A DNA stretch of 20,000 nucleotides from an uncultured virus (IMG/VR IMGVR_UViG_3300030110_004015) (Duplodnaviria > Heunggongvirae > Uroviricota > Caudoviricetes > Crassvirales). The notes below the pieces were generated by a model. That model searched no databases and was not told the origin of the DNA. It was given only the letters and a program-made list of their open reading frames with translations. Shown one piece after another: positions 6,717-14,181 of the stretch (positions within the stretch are counted from its first letter, which is position 1; each line of letters starts with the position of its first letter). The DNA lies in the IMG/VR virus record IMGVR_UViG_3300030110_004015; one strand, written 5' to 3'. The translations under genes were made by a program, and so were the position numbers.

Positions 6717-9079
6717 AAAAAATTTTACTGTTATTAATGTTACCAATAATAACCTTTGCTCAAAAAGAAATGGTTATTATGGTAAAAACAGATAGCTATC
6801 CTTCTGAAACTAGATGGGTATTGTATGCAGATAGTTTTCAAGGACCAATGATTTCAGAGGTTCAATATGGTCATTATGATTCTGCTAATACAATGAATTA
6901 TGATACATTATTTTTAGCAGATAGTATTACTAATATATCATGGGTTATATATGATTCTTTTGGAGATGGTATTGTTAATGGTGAATATTATGTAACTATA
7001 TGTGAAGATACTATAGTTAATTATCCTGTTTCTACATTTAGCAATGGTTTAATACATAATAGAACTGTGCCTCAATGTATGCCACAGCCTCCACCGTTAC
7101 AAATGGTGCCAGCTAAAGTTATAATAAACTTAGATCAATATCAAAGTGAAACTAGTTGGGATATAAAAGACACAAATGGTATAACGTATGCTTCTGGTAG
7201 TGGTTATAACTCTCAACCTGATTATGCTAGTGTTGTTATACCGGTACAGATACCAAAAGGACAATTAGTATTTACAATATATGATACGTATGGAGATGGT
7301 TTAAACGGTGCGTTATGGCAAGGACAAGATGGTTCTTATTACGTTGTTCAATGTAATGATACGTTAGTGTATGGTACAGATCCTGCTTTTGGAAATGATA
7401 CTTCTCATGTACTTGTATCTGATTCTTGTCCTCCTATACTTGGTTGTACTGATAATGATTATATAGAGTGGAATCCTTTTGCTACAGTAGATGACGGTAG
7501 TTGTCAAACTTTAAAAATATTTGGATGTGTAGATAGTACAATGTACAACTACGATCCTAACGCTAATACAATGGAGTTAATTGACACTTGTGTTTACACT
7601 TTAATATTACATGATTTAATGGGTAATGGTTGGGTTGGTTCACATTTAAAACTTATACACCCTGATACAATGTATCAATTTACTCATACTGGTGGTTTTA
7701 ATGATATATATTATGTGGGATTAACCGCACCAGATCCAATAACGTTTAGATTTCATATATCTGCTCAAGCTAGTTTAACCACTATAGAGTGTGGATTTAC
7801 TCTGATTAATCCAGAAGGAGATACAATGATAAGTATACAACCTCCTTTTATACAACCATTATTACCTTATCAATTAATAACTAATTGTGGTAACACATGT
7901 GAAGAAAAAGTATATGGTTGTTTAGATTCATTAGCTGTTAACTATGATAGTTTAGCAAACACAACTGATAACTCTTGTTATTATACGCCTGGGTGTACAA
8001 ACTCTTCTTATTTAGAATATTATACACAAGGATTTGTAGCTGATTATAATGATGGTAGCTGTGTTACTCCAGCTATATGGGGTTGTATCGACTCAACAGC
8101 ATTTAATTATGACCCAACGGCAAACATAGATAATGGTGGTTGTGTACCAGTTGTTGTAGGTTGTATGATACCAGGGTCTTTTAATTATAACGCACAAGCA
8201 AATACATCCGGACCGTGTATTCCTATTATTTATGGTTGTACTTCTCCTATAGCTTTTAACTATAATCCTCTCGCAAATACAGATGATGGGTCTTGTATAG
8301 GAGTCATATATGGATGTACAGATTCTACAATGTGGAATTATATGCCTAGTGCTAATATAGATGATTCTAGTTGTGTTCCGTACATATTTGGATGTATGGA
8401 TGCAACAATGTGGAATTATAACCCTAGCGCAAACACTGATAACGGATCGTGCATTGCTTTTGCTTATGGTTGTACTGATAGCACAATGTTTAATTACGAT
8501 CCACTAGCAAATACAGATAATGGAAACTGCATACCTTTTATTTATGGTTGTACTGATCCTAGTATGCTTAATTATAACCCGCAGGCTAATACAGAAGATT
8601 TTAGTTGCATTGCTTATATTTATGGTTGTATGGACAGTACTGCTATTAACTATGATACGCTGGCTAATACTGACAATGGTTCGTGTATTGAAGCTATTAT
8701 CGGGTGTATGGATCCGAATGCGTGGAATTATAATCCGTTAGCAAATGTAATCTTAGGACATGATTCGTTAGGATGTTTATACGCGGCAGATTGTTCTGCT
8801 ACAGAGCCTGGTGAGCCTTTCTTTTTAAATGACGAATGTTACGCTTGGGTTATTAGTGTAGATGATTATTGTTGTGAAAACGAATGGGACACGATATGTC
8901 AAGCCACATACGATCATTGTTTTAATGGTTGGACTGGGCCGTTATTAGCAAGAGAAATGCAAAAGAAAATTATAGCTATAACAGATTTGTTAGGAAGACC
9001 AACAAAAGAAATAAAAAATCAACTTCTATTTTACATATACAACGATGGAAGTGTAGTAAGAAAATTAATAAAAGAATAA
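6713..9079 (+). CDS. Secreted Cys-rich repeat protein with T9SS-like C-terminal sorting tail
   Basis: Signal peptide MKKILLLLMLPIITFA|Q; two D-x-Y-x-S-E-T-x-W...IYD-x-[YF]-GDG domains; 13 GCxD...NY...AN.D.GSC repeats; ends KKIIAITDLLGRPTKEIKNQLLFYIYNDGSVVRKLIKE. Confidence 0.82.
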   Translation: MKKILLLLMLPIITFAQKEMVIMVKTDSYPSETRWVLYADSFQGPMISEVQYGHYDSANTMNYDTLFLADSITNISWVIYDSFGDGIVNGEYYVTICEDTIVNYPVSTFSNGLIHNRTVPQCMPQPPPLQMVPAKVIINLDQYQSETSWDIKDTNGITYASGSGYNSQPDYASVVIPVQIPKGQLVFTIYDTYGDGLNGALWQGQDGSYYVVQCNDTLVYGTDPAFGNDTSHVLVSDSCPPILGCTDNDYIEWNPFATVDDGSCQTLKIFGCVDSTMYNYDPNANTMELIDTCVYTLILHDLMGNGWVGSHLKLIHPDTMYQFTHTGGFNDIYYVGLTAPDPITFRFHISAQASLTTIECGFTLINPEGDTMISIQPPFIQPLLPYQLITNCGNTCEEKVYGCLDSLAVNYDSLANTTDNSCYYTPGCTNSSYLEYYTQGFVADYNDGSCVTPAIWGCIDSTAFNYDPTANIDNGGCVPVVVGCMIPGSFNYNAQANTSGPCIPIIYGCTSPIAFNYNPLANTDDGSCIGVIYGCTDSTMWNYMPSANIDDSSCVPYIFGCMDATMWNYNPSANTDNGSCIAFAYGCTDSTMFNYDPLANTDNGNCIPFIYGCTDPSMLNYNPQANTEDFSCIAYIYGCMDSTAINYDTLANTDNGSCIEAIIGCMDPNAWNYNPLANVILGHDSLGCLYAADCSATEPGEPFFLNDECYAWVISVDDYCCENEWDTICQATYDHCFNGWTGPLLAREMQKKIIAITDLLGRPTKEIKNQLLFYIYNDGSVVRKLIKE
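7916..8776 (+). repeat. Intragenic tandem array of 11 degenerate ~26-aa (~78-bp) Cys repeats; 2 more copies at ~7442-7590
   Basis: Consensus GC[TM]DxxAxNY[ND]PxANTD[DN]GSCIxxIY, counted from the translation. Synonymous positions vary, so the repeat is conserved at protein level. Confidence 0.9.
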
Positions 9080-9080
9080 T

Positions 9081-9482
9081 ATGGGTACTTTTCAAAGCAG
9101 AAAAATAACAGAAACATCTCTAGTGGAATCATTAACCGATTGTAATACTGGAGGTGATGATTTTTATAATTCTGGAATAGAGTTTGTTAAGATAGTAAAT
9201 GATCATGCTTCAAATCATTACAAAATAACTCTTACACCACCGAAAACTAGTGTTTCAACAACGATACATGGTTCTTTAACAAAATCAGCGGTAGTTGTTA
9301 CTGTTGAAAATGGTGAAGAAGCTTATCTTGGACCTTTTAAACCTAACATGTGGAATAACGCTAGTGATAAAATATCTTTAGCGTACGCTCACGGTGCTGG
9401 TAGTGGTTCTGCAGAAGACACAGCTATTGGCTCTGGTTCACACCTTTTAAAAGCAGAAGTATTATATCTAGATCCTAAATAA
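9081..9482 (+). CDS. Hypothetical beta-rich protein, possibly structural
   Basis: 133-aa ORF tightly packed in the operon. FVKIVN...VVVTVENGEEAYLGPF weakly echoes the downstream paralogs. Confidence 0.6.
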   Translation: MGTFQSRKITETSLVESLTDCNTGGDDFYNSGIEFVKIVNDHASNHYKITLTPPKTSVSTTIHGSLTKSAVVVTVENGEEAYLGPFKPNMWNNASDKISLAYAHGAGSGSAEDTAIGSGSHLLKAEVLYLDPK

Positions 9483-9499
9483 TAAATAAATAATAAATT

Positions 9500-9907
9500 A
9501 TGGCAACAGTAACAGCAGCAATTACCTTATCTAGTGCGGCAGGTGATTTAATAACAGACGCACTATCACTGTCTGATTCTACAAGTATGACGGTAACAGA
9601 TATGGGAACAACAGGTTTAGCTAGAGCAAAAGTTCAAGCCACAGCGGTTCACGCTACGGCTACAGTATTATATACTGCGGATGATTATGCTGCTGGACCC
9701 CATTTGTATATTAAAAATACAGCGGCATCACCATCTGAATTTATTTGGGTGTACGACGATACTACTTCTGGTGATCCTGTTATATTAAAAATGGCGGGTG
9801 GCGATTGGGCTTTCATGCCTTTAAAAGGTGATAAGACTTTAAAAGCTTATGCACCAAGTGGTAATAATCCATTAATAGAGTGGATAGTTTACGGAACAGA
9901 TCAATAA
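9500..9907 (+). CDS. Small putative structural protein, paralog 1
   Basis: MATVTAAITLSS...LYIKNT...SEFIWV...KMAGGDWAFMPL...IEWIVY, shared with the next two ORFs. Confidence 0.72.
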   Translation: MATVTAAITLSSAAGDLITDALSLSDSTSMTVTDMGTTGLARAKVQATAVHATATVLYTADDYAAGPHLYIKNTAASPSEFIWVYDDTTSGDPVILKMAGGDWAFMPLKGDKTLKAYAPSGNNPLIEWIVYGTDQ

Positions 9908-9938
9908 CAATAAATAATAATAACAAAAATAATTAATT

Positions 9939-10355
9939 ATGCCTACAGCAACACTAACATTAACAAGTGCGGATATAGCCGGTGATCCGGTAAACGTATC
10001 CAAAACGTCTACTTGCTATAAAGCCGGTACGACTACTCCGCTAGATCAAACAGCGGGATTAAATAAAATAATTTTAACAACAACAGATAATAAAGAATTA
10101 TATGTAGCTACAGCAGCTGGAAATGATTTAAATGCTAAGTTATATATATGTAATAAATCTACAGTTCCTTCTGAATTTGTTACTATAACAATAAACGCTC
10201 AAGATATAGGAAAACTATATGCTGGCGCGTGGATGTTTATTCCTTGGAGTCAAACAGATACAGCGGCTCAAATTGAGTGTCAAGCAAGCGTAGCAACTGC
10301 TATGCCGGTTGAGTACATGCTTATGCATGAAGGATACGATTTAATAACTGCATAA
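9939..10355 (+). CDS. Small putative structural protein, paralog 2
   Basis: LYICNKSTVPSEFVTI...IGKLYAGAWMFIPW...SVATAMPVEY. Confidence 0.72.
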   Translation: MPTATLTLTSADIAGDPVNVSKTSTCYKAGTTTPLDQTAGLNKIILTTTDNKELYVATAAGNDLNAKLYICNKSTVPSEFVTITINAQDIGKLYAGAWMFIPWSQTDTAAQIECQASVATAMPVEYMLMHEGYDLITA

Positions 10356-10379
10356 AATAACTTTTAAAAAAATAATAAT

Positions 10380-10808
10380 ATGGCAACAATAACAGCAAAT
10401 ATAGCTTTAAATAATGATGTGGCTTCTTCAGCAATATCTATAGCTCAAGCAATGGATCTTTATAAAGCTGGAGGTACAGAAGGCATGGATACTATGACCT
10501 CCGTAAGTAAAATATTAACTAGCACAGATCATGTTGATTTAATAACAGCAGCATCTGTAAGTGGATCACACCATTATGTTTATATATCTAACCCTTCAAC
10601 AGTGGCTTCAGAATATTTTCATGTAACAATTGGGGACAGCGTTGGTAGTGGTACTTACGACAACGGTACTTTACCTACTGAAGAAATTGGTAGATTATAC
10701 GGTGGTGATTGGATGTTTATTCCTTGGACTGCTGCCGCAGACGAGGATATATGCGTTAAACCTAGTGTAGCAACTAAAATGGTAGTCGAGTACATAGTAT
10801 TTAGCTAA
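10380..10808 (+). CDS. Small putative structural protein, paralog 3
   Basis: VYISNPSTVASEYFHV...IGRLYGGDWMFIPW...SVATKMVVEY. Confidence 0.72.
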   Translation: MATITANIALNNDVASSAISIAQAMDLYKAGGTEGMDTMTSVSKILTSTDHVDLITAASVSGSHHYVYISNPSTVASEYFHVTIGDSVGSGTYDNGTLPTEEIGRLYGGDWMFIPWTAAADEDICVKPSVATKMVVEYIVFS

Positions 10809-11263
10809 TGATAAGCAATCATATTTCTTATCGGGAAGGTGTGTATAGCACAACAGCGAAGCGCCTTGGATTAGATAATACTCCTGATGATGAACAATTA
10901 AATAATATGGAATTAATTGCTCATGAAATATTTGAACCATTAAGAACTTATGTTGGTGGACCTATAAAAATTAATAGTTTTTTTAGATCACCTAAACTTA
11001 ATAAGGCTATTGGTGGATCTAGTAAATCTCAGCATTGTAAAGGTCAAGCTATGGACATAGATGATACGTTTGGTAGAATGACTAATGCTGAAATGTATTA
11101 CTTTATAAAAGATCATTTAGATTTTGACCAGATAATATGGGAGTTTGGAGATGATGATAATCCTGATTGGGTACATGTTAGTTATGTATCGCCTGAAAAA
11201 AATAGGAATAGATGTTTAAAAGCTTATCGAAAAAAAGGTAAAACACAATATAAAATAATATAA
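10808..11263 (+). CDS. Peptidase M15A-family Zn peptidase, probable endolysin
   Basis: INSFFRSPKLNKAIGGSSKSQHCKGQAMDID (SxH-x6-D) and WVHVSY motifs. TAATG overlaps with both neighbours. Confidence 0.9.
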   Translation: MISNHISYREGVYSTTAKRLGLDNTPDDEQLNNMELIAHEIFEPLRTYVGGPIKINSFFRSPKLNKAIGGSSKSQHCKGQAMDIDDTFGRMTNAEMYYFIKDHLDFDQIIWEFGDDDNPDWVHVSYVSPEKNRNRCLKAYRKKGKTQYKII

Positions 11264-12123
11264 TGGAAAAATTTCTTTTATTTTCTACTGGAGCTGGAAA
11301 TGATGATTTACAGAACCTACAAGGTAATGAAGTGGCTTTATATAAGGCCACTGATTTAATTACTATGAGGCCTGGCTCTATAAGAACTATAGATCTTCTT
11401 TTTAAATCAGATGGAGGACATGATATAGTTACGTTAGGAATAAAAGGAGGACAGCATTATAAAGTTTTAAGAGCTATATCTCAAGCAATAGCAACACCAC
11501 TTAATAATAACACGGTTATATCTATAGCTGATATGGATGGTTATAGATTTATAGACCCAAATATATGGTCTGTATCTATTAAGCGTAATTTTATAGATGT
11601 ACAAAAAATTAATACAACAATTCCACATGAAATACCTATTAGTAATATTGCAAGAATAAAATCAGTTTGTATTACTAATACTCATGATAGTTCAGTTGTT
11701 GAAACAGTTGTTATGATAACAGATCAAACTGGTAATGATATAACAGATACAGGTGTAAATGTAAACAATGGTAGTGGTTATGCTGCTACTATTGACTCAA
11801 CAGCTGTAACTGTTGATGGTTCTGTTGCGTTGTCTGCTATTTTTGACAATGAAAGAGTTTACAAATCAGATGGTACTGTATTTGGGCTTTGTTCAGCTAG
11901 AAATAGTAATACACAAATAACTTTTGCTACTGGTTTAGAAAACGCTATGACAGATGATGATGATTTATATACAGGCACAAGATACAAACCTTTTGTTGGT
12001 AGGATATATCCTAGATCAACTTTAGTATTAGATAGTCAAGATATAAACTTTGATATGCATACTTATAAATTATATGTTGAAGCTGGAGCGTCAGATTGTT
12101 TAGAAGTTATAGTACGTTATTAA
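11263..12123 (+). CDS. Hypothetical multidomain protein, probably structural/tail-associated
   Basis: 286-aa ORF coupled to the peptidase gene; Thr/Asp/Gly-rich beta segment (TGVNVNNGSGY...DDDDLY). Confidence 0.6.
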   Translation: MEKFLLFSTGAGNDDLQNLQGNEVALYKATDLITMRPGSIRTIDLLFKSDGGHDIVTLGIKGGQHYKVLRAISQAIATPLNNNTVISIADMDGYRFIDPNIWSVSIKRNFIDVQKINTTIPHEIPISNIARIKSVCITNTHDSSVVETVVMITDQTGNDITDTGVNVNNGSGYAATIDSTAVTVDGSVALSAIFDNERVYKSDGTVFGLCSARNSNTQITFATGLENAMTDDDDLYTGTRYKPFVGRIYPRSTLVLDSQDINFDMHTYKLYVEAGASDCLEVIVRY

Positions 12124-12124
12124 T

Positions 12125-13417
12125 ATGAAATTTTTAGGAAATTATTTTACTGATGTTAGTAGGTTTCGTAACGATGTTTATATAGAAAGTTACGGTCCAG
12201 ATACCGCGGCTGGAACATCATCGCATTTATATGTATATAGTACTAATTCTGAAGGTAATCCTACTATCAGTTTAGGTTCTAACGCAGAAGAAGCTTTTAG
12301 AATACAAGCTGTATATGATACTGAAGCTACAACGTTAGATAAAGTTATAATAAGAACTACAGCGGCTTCAGGAACGGGTGATAAAGGAGCAATGTTTTTT
12401 CAAGTTGATGAGGTGGCTATACTCTCTATTTTAGACGATGGAATAAACCTAGCTACTAGTAGTAATTTTTCTATTGGAAGTGTAGATATAATAGATGATA
12501 ATAGCGGTACAACTACTTTAAAGAATATAGACGCTTTAGATGCTACAACAATATCTACGTTTAATTCAGCATTGACAGCTGGTGATATAACAAGCGTAAC
12601 AGCTGGTACGAATTTAAGTGGAGGAGGTCATACTGGAGATGTCACAATAAATTTAGACACTGCTTCAACCTCCACGTTAGGTGCTGCTAGCTTTAGCAGT
12701 TCTCATTTTGATGTAGATAGTGGTGCTGTAAGTATAAAGGCGGGTGGTATTGGAATAGATAGATTATCTGCTGATGTATTAGTTTTAGAATCAGAAAGAA
12801 TAGCTAACAATGATAATGATGAAACTATACCAACTTGTGCTGCAGTTCAAGATGCAGTTACAAATACAACTTCTGTTGGAACAATAAGCACTGGTACTTG
12901 GCAAGGAACTGCTATAGCTACTGGATACACCAAACATCTTGTGCATTACCGGTTTATAGGTTATGGAACTGGTGATGGTACTAATTACTTTGCGCCACAA
13001 CCATTAAGTGATAATCAAGCCCCATTTGAACATGCTGATTCATCTAGTGCTGATGGTTTGACTATACCTGCTGCATCTGGAACAAACATATCTGAGTTAT
13101 TAAGAGGTGGTGGTCATGTTATGACTACAGCTGTAACATTAAAAAGGTGGACGGGTTGGGCATCTTGTAATGGTAGTGCTGCAACTAAAATTGGTTTATT
13201 TAAATGGACACCTGTAGATAATAACAGTTCTAACGTATCACCTGTATTGTTAGATGAAGCTACTATAACTGCAGCGGGTAACGACAAGGCTAGATCTTTT
13301 GCTGAAACATCTTTTACTCAAGCATCTGTAGCCGCTGGCGATATAATATTTACACAAGTATTTACAGCCGCATCAAAAACAGTATTTTTTAACAGCACAT
13401 TGGAGGTTGAGTTTTAA
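12125..13417 (+). CDS. Tail fibre/receptor-binding-like protein
   Basis: Thr/Ser/Gly/Ala-rich, with fibre-type segments GDITSVTAGTNLSGGG.TGDVTINL, NDNDETIPTCAAV and TSVGTISTGTWQGTAIA. Last gene of the + strand block. Confidence 0.7.
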   Translation: MKFLGNYFTDVSRFRNDVYIESYGPDTAAGTSSHLYVYSTNSEGNPTISLGSNAEEAFRIQAVYDTEATTLDKVIIRTTAASGTGDKGAMFFQVDEVAILSILDDGINLATSSNFSIGSVDIIDDNSGTTTLKNIDALDATTISTFNSALTAGDITSVTAGTNLSGGGHTGDVTINLDTASTSTLGAASFSSSHFDVDSGAVSIKAGGIGIDRLSADVLVLESERIANNDNDETIPTCAAVQDAVTNTTSVGTISTGTWQGTAIATGYTKHLVHYRFIGYGTGDGTNYFAPQPLSDNQAPFEHADSSSADGLTIPAASGTNISELLRGGGHVMTTAVTLKRWTGWASCNGSAATKIGLFKWTPVDNNSSNVSPVLLDEATITAAGNDKARSFAETSFTQASVAAGDIIFTQVFTAASKTVFFNSTLEVEF

Positions 13418-13436
13418 AAACATTTAATAGTAATAT

Positions 13437-13470
13437 AAAAAAAGGGAGCCGTTAAGCTCCCTTTCTTATT
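13437..13470. terminator. Bidirectional intrinsic terminator between the convergent blocks
   Basis: Perfect 9-bp stem AAAGGGAGC (13441-13449) / GCTCCCTTT (13456-13464), loop CGTTAA. An A7 run on the left gives the U-tract for the - strand; TTTCTTATTT follows on the + strand. Confidence 0.9.
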
Positions 13471-13483
13471 TATATATATTTAA

Positions 13484-13723
13484 TTATTTCTTGACACATT
13501 TATCACACAAGAAGAAATACATAATAAATACTAAAGCTACTAGGCCTACAAAGCCAGCTCCAGCTATTCCATTAAGCATTCCCATAAAATTTCCAATAAC
13601 ATCCATTCCGAATATTAATTGTCCTGTTAATAATTGCCATAAAATTGTTACTGGTACTATTGCCATCATAATTCCTACTAATCCAGCGAAAAATCCAGTA
13701 AAATAACTCATTACTTTTTCCAT
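13484..13723 (-). CDS. Small hydrophobic membrane protein (about 2 TM helices)
   Basis: Almost entirely hydrophobic/Gly, with a central GMDVIGN loop and basic C-terminus. A-rich leader; ends just before the terminator. Confidence 0.8.
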   Translation of the reverse strand: MEKVMSYFTGFFAGLVGIMMAIVPVTILWQLLTGQLIFGMDVIGNFMGMLNGIAGAGFVGLVALVFIMYFFLCDKCVKK

Positions 13724-13747
13724 AATTTATTTACTTTTTTGTTAATA

Positions 13748-14167
13748 CTAAAATTTATAAGATACACCTAATCTGAATTCTCCTTCTCTTTCGCCGTTTT
13801 CATCTTCTTTTAAAGACACAACATAGCTAGGATCAACGTATAAACTTCTCCATACATTATAAGAGTATCCAATACCAAGATCTAACTTATCCTTTAATTC
13901 AGCTTCAGAATCTTTTTTGTAGTTATATATACATGTGGCCCAAAGTCCTTCATGTATATCGTAACGACCAAGTAGTTCATACTTGTCTTCTCCATCCATT
14001 GTTGCAGCTACCATAAGTTTTTCGTTAACTTGATAACCAACTCCAATCATGTCTGTAGCATTCCAAGTTGAATCAGTTCCTTCACTAAATGTTGTTAACG
14101 CTACAAACTGTGCAGACGCAAGCATTGTAGAAAAAGCAAACAACATTGTTAAAAATAGTTTGTTCAT
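13748..14167 (-). CDS. Small outer-membrane beta-barrel protein (about 8 strands)
   Basis: True start is probably ATG 14167, giving MNKLFLTMLFAFSTMLASA|QF. Strands IGVGYQVN, LGIGYSYNVW, LYVDPSYVV; terminal FRLGVSYKF beta-signal. Confidence 0.82.
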   Translation of the reverse strand: MNKLFLTMLFAFSTMLASAQFVALTTFSEGTDSTWNATDMIGVGYQVNEKLMVAATMDGEDKYELLGRYDIHEGLWATCIYNYKKDSEAELKDKLDLGIGYSYNVWRSLYVDPSYVVSLKEDENGEREGEFRLGVSYKF

Positions 14168-14181
14168 AATAATTGTTTTGA

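Noticed and set aside
7916..8776. Periodic ~78-bp repeats as a CRISPR array or DGR template/variable repeats
   Set aside because: The repeats are degenerate at synonymous sites and in frame, with no constant repeat plus unique spacer pattern. No cas or reverse transcriptase gene is in the window.
9477..9938. AAT/AAAT-rich intergenic runs (9477-9499, 9905-9938) as functional repeats
   Set aside because: Best explained as A-rich Bacteroidota-type translation initiation regions; too short and low-complexity.
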